Shown here: piece by piece, positions 28,390-42,636 of the stretch | How positions within the stretch are numbered: position 1 is the stretch's first letter | How the letters are laid out: every line of letters begins with the position of its first letter | DNA from: Octopus vulgaris | Taxonomy: Eukaryota | Assembly: GCA_951406725.2 (NCBI GenBank) | Contig: OX597835.1 | Span: 48,236,001-48,300,000, forward strand | Reading direction: 5' to 3' | DNA length: 64,000 bases | Notes under the pieces: generated by a model | Told to the model about the DNA's origin: nothing | The model's input: only the letters and a program-made list of their open reading frames with translations | Databases searched by the model: none | Program-made: the position numbers and the translations under genes

Positions 28390-28393
<4 letters not shown>
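28225..28393 (+). mobile_element. PLE-type terminal repeat (family H2) with minimal hammerhead
   Basis: CTGACGA-A-GAGC-tcc-GCTC-GAAAC-GTT at 28299-28325. Homologous to 47993-48187(-); flanked by (TA)n. Confidence 0.7.
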
Positions 28394-28469
<76 letters not shown>

Positions 28470-28913
28470 AATATTTTTTAGATACAAAATTTTAAGGACT
28501 GACCACTGAAAGTGGACAGTCAATATGCTAGATATAGACGTCAAAATCGCTATTTTCCGCGAAGAATGTGTTCTCAAGAAAAAACTCAGCAAAAAACCAA
28601 AGCGTAAAAATAAGCAAGACAAATGAAAATATACGAAATAAAAACCGATTACCTATGTACTAATTAGTTTCACTTGTTAATATTTACGTACATATGTACA
28701 CGCTAATATCTGCAAGATCATCAGCATAGTCTGTCGTTTACAAACATAATTTCCAGAACTAGATACAGAACCCTTGACCGAAATCCCGCATGCATAGAGT
28801 TCAACAAATTATATTTATGTGTATCTTTCAAATGCCTTCACTTTGGCGCGCTGAGATCGGAAATTTACTCTGCAGTTAATAAACTACAGCAGTCAATTTA
28901 CCGTTTAGAGAAC

Positions 28914-28971
<58 letters not shown>

Positions 28972-28996
28972 CATGCATACATATATAAATATATAT

Positions 28997-29058
<62 letters not shown>

Positions 29059-29104
29059 TCTGTCAACCAAATCCACTCACAAAATTTTGTCGCCACTAGA
29101 ACTT

Positions 29105-29232
29105 AAGTCATCGACCCCCATAGAATGAGAAGAAAAGTCGATCGAGGTGGAATTTGAGCTTAGAACGTAAAGCCGGACGAAAAGCCGCTAAGCATCTTGT
29201 CCGGCATGCTAACGATCCTTCCAGCTCACCAT
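29105..29232 (-). mobile_element. SINE family B
   Basis: AAAGTCGATCGAGGTGGAATTTGAGCTTAGAACGTAAAG..GCTAACGATCC.TCCAGCTCACC. Confidence 0.75.
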
Positions 29233-29739
29233 CTTCCTGGTACTGAGCCCGATTATTAGGTCTTTTGAGAAATGAATCAATTAGTCACATCTACGTTGTC
29301 ACTTTATATGATTGAAATAATAGCTAAATCCCCTTCAAAATTATGTTCTACTCTAATCTGTTATACATAGGATTTTTTATACAAGACGTAAAACAAATAT
29401 AATATGGAAGCTAAAGTACAACAACCGTTGTTGTTAGTAATGGTAGATTGGCAGAAACAGCAGGATTGAGATATTCACTCTGAATATTGCCTCTCCGTGT
29501 TCAAATCCCGCCATGATCAACTAGACTTTTCCTCCTCCCGAAACCATTACAATTAACGATAAATCGGATCCTAATCCTTTTCTGATTCTTCACTTCTACC
29601 AAAAATAATTGGTATAATTAATGACTTGGCACAATTGGTTGAACAGTAAGTGTAGCGGTTTTTTTATATTTTGAGTTCGAATTTTTCCGTCCTTTTCTTT
29701 TCTACCAATTTTTCAGCTCGAACACCAAAGAGAAAGAAT

Positions 29740-29930
29740 TGTTTCAAATTTTGTCACAAGGCCAGACAATTTAAGGGGAAGAGGGGCACCAATTCCATCG
29801 CCTGCATCGCAAACTGATGTTTATTTTATCCATCCTAAACGGAACCATAAAATAAGAACTCGGCAGAATTTGAACTCAACACGTAAACAGCCAGAAGAAA
29901 GGCTGTCAAACATCTTATCCGACGTGCTTA
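29740..29930 (-). mobile_element. SINE family B, degenerate
   Basis: TTTCAAATTTTGTCACAAGGCCAG..CTCGGCAGAATTTGAACTCAA. Confidence 0.65.
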
Positions 29931-29957
29931 CGATGATGATGATGATGATGATGATGA

Positions 29958-30008
29958 CAAGAAGAAGAAGAAGAAGAAGAAGGAGAAGAAGAAGGAGAAG
30001 AAGAAGGA

Positions 30009-30040
<32 letters not shown>

Positions 30041-30328
30041 AGAAGGAGAAGAAGGAGAAGAGGAAGATGAAGTAGAAGAAGGAGGAGGAGAAGAAGAAGA
30101 AGAAGAAGAAGAAGAAGAAGAAGAAGAAGAAGAAGGAGGAGGAGGAGGAGGAGGAGGAGAAGAAGAAGAAGAAGAACAACAGCAACAACAACAAGGAGAA
30201 GGAGAAGAAGAAGAAGAAGAAGAAGAAGAAGAAGAAGGAGGAGAGGAAGAAGAAGAAGAAGAAGAAGAAGAAGAAGAAGAAGAAGAAGAAGAAGAAGAAA
30301 AAGAAGACCAAGAAGAAGAAGAAGAAAC
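29958..30328. repeat. Long (GAA/GGA)n polypurine tract
   Basis: ~370 bp, nearly all purine on the + strand. Confidence 0.95.
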
Positions 30329-30699
30329 TTCATCATTAAAACACCAATAAACGTGTTATACAATATACTTAGTTCCTCTTTATTTCACTTACACGAACCT
30401 AAAGCTAATATATGTAATTCCTTTTTCATTTAAAACATCCATTTTGAAACGTAACAAATTTTCTCCGCATATAAATATCCGTATTTTAATCTCTTATAAT
30501 TATTTTTTAAATCCTAGTATTAGATATATCCTCCATTTCTCATCCATCTTTAATTGCTCCGTTAAACCCATCAACATCGCCCCGCCGTTCATGTTTAATA
30601 TAATATACTTCCAGTCAATCTGTTATGTACATATTCCTTTTCCTTCTTAATAGGAATTTTTCGTATCTATCCTGCAGGAACTAAAATGAATGCAGGCCT

Positions 30700-31620
30700 A
30701 ATCAATTATACTTGATACTAAGTATCTCCATAAAGTGAGAGATACTTAGAAAATGCAAACCGTACTTCAATTGCGGCAGGAAATTCCGATTATGCCAGGC
30801 TGAGAAGAGAGCAGTTTTTAAAAGGTACTCAACACCCGGATGTCTACCTGAATAGCAGGAGTGAGGTGTTTAATCCTTGCCCGCATGAAAGGACGTACGT
30901 CCTATCGTAACTGCGCGCCCCACCATGACTGCAGCTACAGATCCCCTGCCTCGACCCTCCGTCAACAACCTTCCACCAATGCCCTCGAGCACGGCAAAAA
31001 CAGTTTGACCAAGGCACACACCAATGCACCCTTGTACACATACCTACAATCCTATAAGGCGGACAACCCATAACACCTACCCCTGCACACAAACTCTACA
31101 CCCACACATACACAGACACTTCCCACACACACACACTATACACCGCACGCCAACATAAAAACCCCTCGATTTTATCCTTTACAGAAAGAAAACAGATCAA
31201 AGAACACAGCTATATATACCAACACCCCCGAAAAAATTATGCATATGACACCATATCACACGCCCCACACCACAGGAGCACCAAATTAATAATGCATATC
31301 TTCCTTGCTTCAAAATATACCTTACCAGCTTCATAGCAAGGGACATAATTCCGAACCTAATACTCTTTTTCGTTTCATCGCCTTTTTTCATAGCAACCGC
31401 TGACCGGTTGTGCTCATCCAGCTCCGACAATAGAGAACAGTCGACATGATTCCTTCCCTATCGGCTACCTCTGATGAGGGTAAAGTTACATAATCGGATT
31501 GTTACCTAACACTCTGCTGTATTCTTTACGCGAAACCAATTGTTAAGATCAGCCATGATGGATATTTAATACTATACTTTTCGGACGATATACCCACTTT
31601 ACTGACAGATATATGAGTGC
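30700..31620 (+). mobile_element. Penelope-like element 3' end: GIY-YIG C-terminal remnant plus hammerhead
   Basis: 30730-30910 translates IK*EILRKCKPYFNCGRKFRLCQAEKRAV/(frameshift)LKGTQHPDVYLNSRSEVFNPCPHERTYVLS*, fitting the PLE pattern W.I....PY....C.LC..EK...LN.RSE....C.H. Hammerhead CTGATGA-GGGTAAAG...CTTTACGC-GAAAC at 31471-31545. Confidence 0.8.
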
Positions 31621-32046
31621 CGCTTTTCCTTGACTTATTGTCTTTTAGACGACTCACGTATATCACACACACATACACACATACACACACACAAACACAC
31701 ACACACACACTCATATATATATGTATGTACATATATACGTATGTGCAAGTGTATATATGTATATATACACAAGTATATATATATATATTTCTATATACAA
31801 GATAGAGGTAATGTAACCCTTTAAGGGATAGATGTATCCATAGGCACCCTGGTGTATTAACACAGTATGTATGGTCCTTGTTATAAGGTATAAAGTAGTA
31901 GGTAATTTAAAGGAAAAACCGTGGTTTAATTTATACAACGACGATAACAAATAGAGCAATAACCAACAATAAGACGTTCCCACTTCTCATTGTTAATTAC
32001 TGCTCCATTTCTTATCGTCTCTATGTTTGTACATATACATACATAC

Positions 32047-32092
<46 letters not shown>

Positions 32093-32113
32093 GTGGATAT
32101 ATATATATATTTA

Positions 32114-32198
<85 letters not shown>

Positions 32199-32478
32199 AT
32201 ACGTATATATCTTAAACACACATACATATAAAGATTATATCATTTCTAAATTACGATTCAAAAACACTAAACTTTTATTTCATTTTCTCACAAATTCTCT
32301 TGATTCGTTCAAAACTTTACTTTATACATATTGTCAATCATTATATATTAATTTATTATATATATATATGGAGAGATGGGGAAAAACGAAAATCTTTGTT
32401 GCAGCGCTCCTAATTAGTGCTCAATATGGGCAAAAAGTTTATGACAGATTTTTGTTATATATATATGCATGTGTATGT

Positions 32479-32568
<90 letters not shown>

Positions 32569-32799
32569 TATATACATATACACAGATATATATGCACATT
32601 CAATGATATACATACATATGTATTTTTATGTATAGAAATTTCATTTTCCTAGAAATATATACGCACACACACACACACATTCATATATGTATATACATAT
32701 ATATATATGCATATAAATAGATGCATATATACACATATATATTTATATTATTCTCTTAGGGCTTCGTATATTTGCCATATATATATATATATATATCCA

Positions 32800-33125
32800 A
32801 TTATTTTTGCATCTCACCATTAATAAGTTACAATAACTGTTTTCAATTACAATGACGTACCTATGATTTTGTATGTAATTAAAATCTGAAAGGAAAATAG
32901 TAATTAAAATGAAATTTTCATAATTAATTATATTTTTTAAAACCGAAAAATCTAACCTTTGTAATAACGTGTGATATAAGTTGCTTTTTTCCAATATTTA
33001 TCATAAATCAAAGGCTTTATTGTTAAGTGTAACTGCCCTGTTTTATTAAATCTTAGGGTATTGATTTCATATATTCATGGTTTATCAGATTCCACCACGC
33101 CGAAGACACTGAAACATCTGTAGCC
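32800..33125 (+). mobile_element. Very degraded Penelope-like 3' end
   Basis: KTEKSNLCNN remnant at ~32938; CCGAAGA-cact-GAAAC-ATCT-GTA at 33100-33122. Confidence 0.45.
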
Positions 33126-33237
33126 TTACGCGTGTGTGTACGTGCATGTTTGTGTGTGTGTGTGTGTGTGTGTGTGCTTGTGTGTGTGTGTGTGTGTGTG
33201 TGCTTGTGTGTGTGTGTGTGTGTATTTCTGAGTGTGT

Positions 33238-33542
33238 GAAGGCAGCGTATTCGGCTCGTGATTGAAAGGTCGTAAGTTCTATTCTAGGCAGCGTGTTGTG
33301 TCCTTAAGCAAGACACTTTTACTTTCTGGGAGTTCATTCATGTGGCTAAAAGCAAGATTTTCCCTTTCATCAAGGCGCTAAAACTGTCAATTCTGGCTGA
33401 AGCTGAATCTCCCTGAGAACTATGTTAAGCGTTCGCGCGTCTGCGCAGTGCTCAGCCACTCGCAAATTTTACTTTCCTGTGTAGACTCCCCTGTTGATCG
33501 GATCAACTAGAAAACCACGTAGCCGTGACCGACGGAATTCCT
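33238..33542 (+). mobile_element. tRNA-derived SINE family C
   Basis: Degenerate tRNA head followed by GTTGTGTCCTTAAGCAAGACACTTTAC. 3' tail GATCAACTAGAAAACCACGTAGCCGTGACCGACGGA also occurs inverted at 40035-40075. Confidence 0.65.
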
Positions 33543-33581
33543 GTTTGAATTTGCCTATGTGTGAATGTGCGTGTGCATGTA

Positions 33582-33621
<40 letters not shown>

Positions 33622-33654
33622 TGTGTGTGTGTCTGTGTGTGTGTGTGTCTGTGT

Positions 33655-33845
33655 GTGTGTGTGTCTCCCACCGCCGCTTGACAACTGATGTGTTAATGTC
33701 TCTGTAACGAAGCGGTTCAGCAAAACATAACGATAGAATAGATACCAGGCTTTTCAAAATGAAGCCCTGACGTCGATTCATTCAACTAAAATATCTTAAG
33801 GCGGTACCCCAGCATGGCCGCAGTCTAAAGTAAAATATAAAAGAT
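33655..33845 (+). mobile_element. SINE family A, 3' half
   Basis: CCGCTTGACAACTGATGTG..AAGGCGGTACCCCAGCATGGCCGCAGTC. Confidence 0.8.
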
Positions 33846-34243
33846 ACGTGTCTGTGTATATATGTATATATATATATATATATATAAATAAATGCTTATG
33901 TACATAAATATATACATATATATATATATACACACATTTATAGATGTATAAATACATGTATGCACATATGTATGTATGTATGTGTGTGAGTTTGTGTGTG
34001 TCTGTGTCTGTGTGTGTAAGTGTGTGTGTGTGTGTGTGTGTATGTTCGAGGAAAAGTTGTGAGACAAATTTCAGGCCACCAGCTGTTTCATTCAGATAAA
34101 CATCATTAAATGTATAATTATATAAATTGCTAGTGATACATTTCTATTTTGATGTATCTATTTCTCTGTCTCTGGCTCCGACGTATATATCTTTATATGT
34201 CAGTATATAATGTACATATGTATATATATTGGAAGAGAGACAG

Positions 34244-34278
<35 letters not shown>

Positions 34279-34531
34279 CAAAGATACACAGGCGCACAAT
34301 CACAAACACACACACACACATATAAATGTTTCTGTTTCATAAAGGAATGTGTGATTATCTGTATTTGAACAACTTGATCGCAAATTTAAATCATAGTATT
34401 ATTGTTTATAGAAAACTTTAAGCAAACTCATTTTGAAAAAGAAACAATAGCTCTTTTATATATGTATACATATTTATATACATAGATATATATATACATG
34501 CATACAAAAATTTATCTGAAAGAGAAAATAA

Positions 34532-34564
<33 letters not shown>

Positions 34565-35296
34565 AACAGGTGTCAGATTTTTGTGTTTTCTCCCTCGGTT
34601 AGTTCTCCGAGGTAGTTCATTCTTCAATAGTTAACTTCACTCTTAACCTCTTATAATAACTTTTCCTGACACCATCAAATCGAAGCGAGTTCAATCTCAA
34701 CTCGCTCCAGGCTACGTGTCATTTGATTTTTACTTCTAGTTCTTGTTATTGTTTGTCTTTCTTTCATGCTTTTTTACTGTTTTTATTTTAAATCTATTAT
34801 TAGAATATTTACATATTTATTTATTTCAGTAACGGAAATTGTTGAAATCCCACAGAAACCCTTCCAAGAAACTCTGACCTTGTTTCATTATTCGCCAACA
34901 TTTTCGCATCTCATCAATCGCCATTATAATTTTGTGTCGGTATATTTTGTTTTTTTTCTCTTTAAAATTATATTTCATTCTTTTGCACAAAAATATACGC
35001 ATTGACTAATACATATATTCATACTCACAGTCGCACCTACACACACACACACACTCACACACATTATATATATATATATATATATATATTCAAATATATA
35101 CCTGTATTAGTATACTCACAAAGTAAATGTGTGTGAGTGAATATATTTAATTATACATGTATATATGCGTGTGTGTTTGCATGGCATTGTGCGTGCGTGT
35201 CGCCGTGTCTACGTGCACGTGTGTAAATAGAGAAAGAGAGAGAGAGAGAGGTAGTTATGTGTATGTCTGAGTGTGTCGTGTACCTGTGTGTAAGGC

Positions 35297-35346
<50 letters not shown>

Positions 35347-35653
35347 GTGTGTTTGCATAGTGTTTAAATAGTTAATTAAACGCACGCAGACATTCAAATA
35401 ATATTATTAACCAAATATATATATATTGTACGTATGCATGTCAAAGTTTATATATTCCTACACAAAATAAACGCAAACACAGATTCGTGTAGGAATAGAA
35501 ACAAATGCTTAGATTTGTGTGGATGCTTCTGTCATACGAGAAGAAATTCTAATGAAATTATTTTTCCTTCACCTTCATTTCCTCCCCCTCCTTCTCTTCT
35601 ACCCGTCTTTCCTTCTCCTGGTATTCTCTTTCTCTCTTTTTCTGGTCGATCAC

Positions 35654-35984
35654 ATTGTTGTTGTTGTTGTTGTTGTTGTTGGTGGTGGTGTTGGTGGTGG
35701 TGGTGGTGGTGGTGGTGGTGGTGGTGTTGGTGGTGTTGGTGTTGGTGGTGGTGTTGGTGGTGTTGGTGTTGTTGTTGTTGTTGTTGGTGGTGTTGGTGGT
35801 GGTGGTGGTGGTGGTGGTGGTGGTGGTGGTGGTGGTGGTGGTGGTGGTGGTGGTGGTGGTGGTGGTGGTGGTGGTGGTGGTGGTGGTGGTGGTGGTGGTG
35901 GTGGTGGTGGTGTTGGTGGTGGTGTTGGTGGTGGTGGTGGTGGTGTTGGTGGTGGTGGTGTTGGTGGTGGTGGTGGTGGTGGTT
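35654..35984. repeat. (GTT)n/(GGT)n tract
   Basis: ~300 bp of GGT/GTT; source of the poly-W/G/V/P/T ORFs. Confidence 0.95.
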
Positions 35985-36863
35985 GCTCTGCTTCTTCGTC
36001 TCCTCTTTCCATCTACTCCCACTTCCTCTCTTATTCTCTCCTTATTTTTTCTTTACGTCTGGATACCATATCCTCCCACCTTTCATATCTCTTTCTGTCT
36101 CTCTCTCTCATTTTCTTTTTCTTTTCTCGCAAACCAATCACTTGTCTTTCACCCCCTCCTCTCTCTTAATCCAACATTCTTATATCAAGTTCTTCTTCTA
36201 TCGCTTTGCTATTCTCTTTCCCACTCTCTTTCAATCTATCCATCCGTCCAATCTATCAATCAACCGATCCATCCATCCATCCATCCATCCATCCATCCAT
36301 CCACCCATCCATCCATCCATCCACCCGTCCGTCCCTTCATCCATCTATTTATCTACCTATCTACCTATATCTATCAATCCATTCATCCATCTATCTGTCT
36401 GTCTGTCTGTCTCACTCGGGTGGGCTGTCTCTCTCCTTCTCTTTTCGTCTCTCTCTTTCTCTCTCTTTCTGTCTGTTTCTCTCTCTCTGTATTTGGACGT
36501 ATATATACGCATACACACACACACACACATATATATGTATATACATGTACATACATTCATATATACATACATACATACATGCATACATGTGTCTGTAAGT
36601 GAGAGAGTGTCTATGTGTGTGTTTGTATGCCATAATCCGCGCCACAGCTTCCAGTGCCATCCTCATCACACACCTCTTCTACTACCCCCGCCCATCCCAC
36701 CACCACTACTACTACTACCGTTCCTAATTACCAATCTGTTTTAATTACCTTTCAATTCTTTATTGCTAATTCTTTAGAATTCCGAAAATGTATTTTAATT
36801 CCCAAAGTTTTTTTTCTTTTTGAAATATTGGTGTGTGGGCATGTGTGTGTGTGTGTGTGTGTA

Positions 36864-36909
<46 letters not shown>

Positions 36910-37561
36910 TTTGTGTTTATGTGTGTGTGTGTGTGTTTATGTGTGTGTATATGTGTGTATATGTGTGTGTGTGTGTGTGTATGTGTGTGTGTGTGTGTTT
37001 ATGTGTGTGTATATGTGTGTGTATATGTGTGTGTATGTGTGTGTATATGTGTGTGTGCGTGTGTGTGTGCTCGTATGTATCATTGAGTGCACGTGCATAT
37101 GTGTATGCGTGTCTAAAGATATTTTCTGCGTATAATACTTGTGTATGTGTATTTTGATGTATAGCGTTTCTTTGTGTGTGGTTAGAATGTGTGTGTGTGT
37201 GTGCACGCGTGCGAGCGCCTATATATATATATATGCGTGCGTTGTAGCGAAATGCATTTAGTGTATATTTTCGTATACAAGAATCCATATTCATAAACTT
37301 TCTTTGTGTATGTGCGTGTGCATATGTGTGTGTGTGTGCATGTATGTATCTGTGTGTGTGTGTATGAGCGTATGTGTGTGCTTGTGTGTGTGTCTGTGTG
37401 CGTCTGTATGCGCATACTTTTTCTGTGTATAAGATAATTTTGTAACTGTGTAGTGTTTTTGCATAAAGCTAGAACCCGTGTCTCGAAATTGTCTTTATGC
37501 ATGGTGTTGGTATACGTGCTTGTCTGTACGTAGTATACATATAAGTGTGTAAAGTCTGTAG

Positions 37562-37609
<48 letters not shown>

Positions 37610-38009
37610 TTCTGCCAATCTGAGTAGACTGTTGGCATTTTCAAATGAAACAATCCTCCCTGTATCGGCTTGGCTAACTAAATATCGCAGCCAATGGACT
37701 CATTGAATTTCATAGTCCATTACCTATGGACTATGAAAGATAAAACGTGATATTCGCAACAGGATCGCTTGGAGAGCCTATTTGGACTTTAAAAAAAGCA
37801 ACAGAATCTGAGTTCTTTCTGTAGTTTTTATGGTGTCAAAATAGCTTTATTAGCTCTTTTCTAAAGGATTCTGGAATTGGTGGCAAGAAGTCTGGAAGTT
37901 ACTCTTAGACCAGAGAATCAGCCTGAATACTTATAAGGGAGCAGATTCCGCCACAGATTCCTACGGTCCACATGGTGATTTAATATAGGACGATCTTCCT
38001 CGGCTGGTA

Positions 38010-38250
38010 CAATATATCTCGATTTCAGCCGCGCGAAGTCAAAATTCACTTCGGCGAGATATGAACACAAAGCTCAGAGGGAAGAAGCAAATACTGTAAA
38101 CTTGTGACTTTGGTTGTTTATAAATTTTCTGTTGGGTTAGAATATCTTGCGGTATTCATTTCAGGCCTCTGTGTTCTGCGTTCAACTCTCGCCGAAGTAA
38201 ATTAAGCTTTTCATCTTTCGGGGTTGATAAATCAAGTGCTAAGATCGATT
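38010..38250. mobile_element. Two degenerate head-to-head SINE family B fragments
   Basis: TTCGGCGAGATATGAAC (-) and GTTCAACTCTCGCCGAA..TTTCGGGGTTGATAAATCAAG (+). Confidence 0.5.
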
Positions 38251-39187
38251 TTGCTTTACACATCTCTGAGTGTATGTCTGTGTGTATGTATATGTGAAAC
38301 AGTACCTCTTGCAGTTGTTATTTCGTTACAGCTGGCCCCGATTGATGGTCAAGCTCCCTCGTGACCATTTTCCTCTATTTTCGTCTGAATGTTGGAATGC
38401 ATTGCCAAATGTCGCCATCTTCTGAGGGCTGCGATTTTCAAGAGATTTCGCTGTTATTTCTGGCAGATCAAGTGACGTCATAAAAGACTCCCAATGAATG
38501 CACGCAAAGAAGTAAGGAATAACTTTATTTCTGCCTGTAACTGTTTGATTTCACATGTTTGTATTCAACTGTATGGACTGTTATAAACTGTGTCTGTGAA
38601 ATAGTTTATTTGTATGTGAATATGCTCGCATATATGTGATTGTATGCGTGTGTTTGTGTGTATGAGAGAGAAAGAAAGGGACAGAAGTTAAAGACCTTGC
38701 CCATATATATATATATGCGTATGAGTTTGCTTGCTATTAAAATTGTTTGCGTGCGTTGCAATGCGAGTCGACTGCTGTGCTTTGTACGTCTACTACGAGT
38801 GTCTCGCTCTCTCAATAAACGAGTATGCGTCTGTAAGCTCATAATAGTGTTTATGTCTTTGAGACACAATATCGTAGCGTACGAGCGTGTATTTATGGTG
38901 CTAAAAGCCTTTCTTCGTCAAAGTGTATATGAATTACTTTATTACTGTTATTTAACGAAATAAAAACAGAACTAAATCTGCTTACAATACAAAATCCATA
39001 TTAGAAATTATTTCTCTTATTTAATACTTTCACATTAACTTTTTAATTGTTTGGACAAAATGGCGTCTAACATCGCCAGATTTTCATTTTACTTTTTTCT
39101 TTTAAATTTTGCATACAAACTTTAATCTCTACTTTAACTTTTATTGTTGTTGTTTTCGTTGTTGTCCTTCGTGCCTTTTCGTCGTCG

Positions 39188-39218
<31 letters not shown>

Positions 39219-39439
39219 TATTATTATCCATTGTCGTCATCATCATCGTCATCATCACTTTTCTTCACCTTTTTCTTCTCATTCTGCATCAACCTCTACT
39301 TTTCCGTCATATTCTACTTCCTCTTCTTTTTCTTCTTCTTCTTCTTCTTCTTCTTCTTCTTCTTCTTCTTCTTCTTCTTCTTCTTCTTCTTCTTCTTCTT
39401 CTTCTTCTCTACTACTACTACTACCAGCACTGTCACTAC

Positions 39440-39558
<119 letters not shown>

Positions 39559-39619
39559 GTAATAATAATAATAGTAACAATAATAATAACAACAACAACA
39601 ATAATAATCCTTTCTACTA

Positions 39620-39732
39620 TAGGCAAAAGACGAAGAATATGGGGAGAGAGGGATGGTTGATTACATCGACCCCGGTGTTTCACTGGTTCTTAATTTATCG
39701 ACCTCGAAAGGATGAAAGGCAAAGTCGACCTC
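39620..39732 (-). mobile_element. SINE family B, 3' part
   Basis: ATCGACCCCGGTGTTTCACTGGTTCTTAATTTATCGACCTCGAAAGGATGAAAGGCAAAGTCGACCT. Confidence 0.85.
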
Positions 39733-40074
39733 TATTTTTCTACTTGTTGCTCTTCTCGGCATTGTTCTCCATCTTCCACCTCTTCACATCTTCCTCCTCC
39801 CCCTCCTATAGACGTTTCTTTCTGAATTTACTTGGCGCTTCAAAAGAGTATAACTAAAAGAAGAGTCTGATGCATATCGCACATTATAAGTGTCACGACA
39901 GTTTCCCAGTCTCCGCTTTATTTTGACCCGACGGGGCTCATCTCATTGCTCGCGCTCTATATTTGCTGCTGAAAAATAATCTTTGGTCAACATCAAAAAG
40001 TTCATGCATATACATGATTATATGTGTATGTCGTGGGCACTCCGTCGATTGCGACGACGTGGGTTTCCAGTTGA

Positions 40075-40207
40075 TTCCCAACCATATGGATCCGGATTCA
40101 GTCCAACTGAGTGGCACTTTCGGCAAGTGTCTTCTACTATAGCCTCAGGCCGACCCAAGCCTTGTGAGTGGATTTGGTAGACGGAAACTGAAAGAAGCTC
40201 GTCGTAT

Positions 40208-40238
<31 letters not shown>

Positions 40239-40480
40239 TACACACGCACACATATATATGTATATGTTTGTGTGTTTCTGATTGTCCGCGCACCATCGCT
40301 TGACAACCGATGTTGGTGTGTTTACGTGCCCGTAAAAATAGCGGATCGGAAAAGAGACCGATAGAATAAGTATTAAGCTTACAAAGAATAAGTACTGTAG
40401 TCCATTTTTGTTCGACCAAAGGCCGTGCTCCAGCATGGCCGCAAGTCAAATGACTGCAAGAAATAAAAGAGCAAAATAAT
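40075..40480 (+). mobile_element. SINE family A, near full length, internal (CA)n
   Basis: Head, internal microsatellite and tail collinear with 63018-63526. Confidence 0.88.
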
Positions 40481-40497
40481 ACACACATATAGATATT

Positions 40498-40646
40498 TAA
40501 TGGGCTTCTTTCAATTTCCGTCCACCAAATCCACTCACTAGGCCTTGGTCGGCCCGAGGCTACATAAGATAACACTTGCCAAGGTGTCTTGCAGTGGGAC
40601 TGAACCCGGCACAATGTGGTTGGGAATCAGCTTCTTACCGCACAGC
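40498..40646 (-). mobile_element. SINE family A, 5' half (inverted)
   Basis: GGGCTTCTTTCAATTTCCGTCCACCAAATCCACTCAC..GTGGGACTGAACCCGG. Confidence 0.85.
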
Positions 40647-40657
40647 AATGTACACAC

Positions 40658-40710
<53 letters not shown>

Positions 40711-41839
40711 TATGTATCTTTATTTCCGTGTATATATGCGTCTGTGTGAATGTGAGTCTGTGCGATTGTAAGTGTATGTGTGGGTGTGTGTTGTGTGATG
40801 TGTGGGTGTGCGCGCGTATGAATGAGTGTGTGAGTATATGTATCTCTATATGTACATAAGTGTTGGACATCTGTTTAAAAAATGCAATGTTAAAGAATTT
40901 TCTTGCAAATAAATATAGCAGAAAAGTTTTTACTCACTCCCAATGCGCACGGATATGCATGTCTGTCAATATGCAAATCTATATGCATTTTTCTATCTAC
41001 CAATCCATCTATCTGTCAATACATACATACATACTACTACATACATACATACGTATATATATATACACACACACGTATATGTAATATAAGTATATATGTA
41101 TGTATGCATATATATGTTCTTTCATACATATATATACCTACATACAGACACACTCACACACACATAAGCTCTCACACGCGCGCACATGCGCTCACACACA
41201 CACACACATACATAGTTGTATGTTAATACATATATATTTCATTTCACTCCAAAAGTGAAACGTAAAAAAATTGTTAAAATGAGTAAATGCACCAAAAAAA
41301 AAAATCCATGACACGGCAACCGACAAGAAGCAAGTCTCTCACCCATTCTTCGACGAAAAAATGGATCCACGAGCAGTAAAAAAAAAAGAAGGCCCAAGGA
41401 GAAGCAGTCAATGCTTTATAATGGAATTGAAGTTGTGAAGTAATAAAACATTATTTGGGGATAATAAAACTAAACGGTTGCGGTGGGGAAGAAAGAAGAG
41501 AAACAATGAGGAGAGTTGAGGAGAAACGAAATAAAGAATAAGGGAGAGAGTAAGAGAGGGAAGACAAAAGGGAGAGGAGGGTTGAGGTAGAGGGAGTGAG
41601 AGATAAATGGAGATTAAATGAATATATAAATAGATAGACAGATAGAGAGGGGGAGAGAGAGTCAGACAGTCAGACAGTGTAAGACAGATAGATAGATGGA
41701 ATGGAACGTACGTACACACGCAAACACACACACACACACACACGCACACACACATACATACACACACACACACACATGCACACGCACGCACACACTTACA
41801 TACATATACAAACAGAGAGAAACAGATAGAGAGAAAGAG

Positions 41840-42165
<326 letters not shown>

Positions 42166-42589
42166 CTTGACAGATAAGGAGAGTGAAAGAGGCAAGAGTA
42201 ATGGAGTATGAGAGATAACGGGGACGCGCTAAGTTATTGCGTTTTTAAAAAATGCGTTCAAGTGGGACGGAACAAAAGATAGCACTTGCACACACACACA
42301 CACGTGTGTGAGTGCGCGCGCCCACGCCCACACATATTTATCTATATATACCCCTGTTCGTCTATATACATGTCTTGCAAACACAGATATTTGTAGAAAA
42401 GGTATAAAATCGAAAAGTAGTAGAGATTAAGTAAAAAACAAACAAGGGGGTTTGGTTTAGGAAGAGAAAGAAAAAAGCGAAGAAAAAGTAATTCAAGAGG
42501 GAAAAAAGGGGTTCGGTGATGTCTACGACAGAAAACGGAAATAAGGCAATGGACAATAGAAACCCACACATATATGCATGCATGCATAA

Positions 42590-42636
<47 letters not shown>

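Noticed and set aside
34667-34721. Hairpin TGACAC...AGCGAGTT/AACTCGCT...GTGTCA
   Set aside because: Large internal loop makes it unlike a pre-miRNA; short stems could arise by chance.
35434-36744. Longest ORF (436 aa, poly-Trp/Cys)
   Set aside because: Concatenated (GGT)n, CT-rich and (CCAT)n repeats, open in several frames at once.
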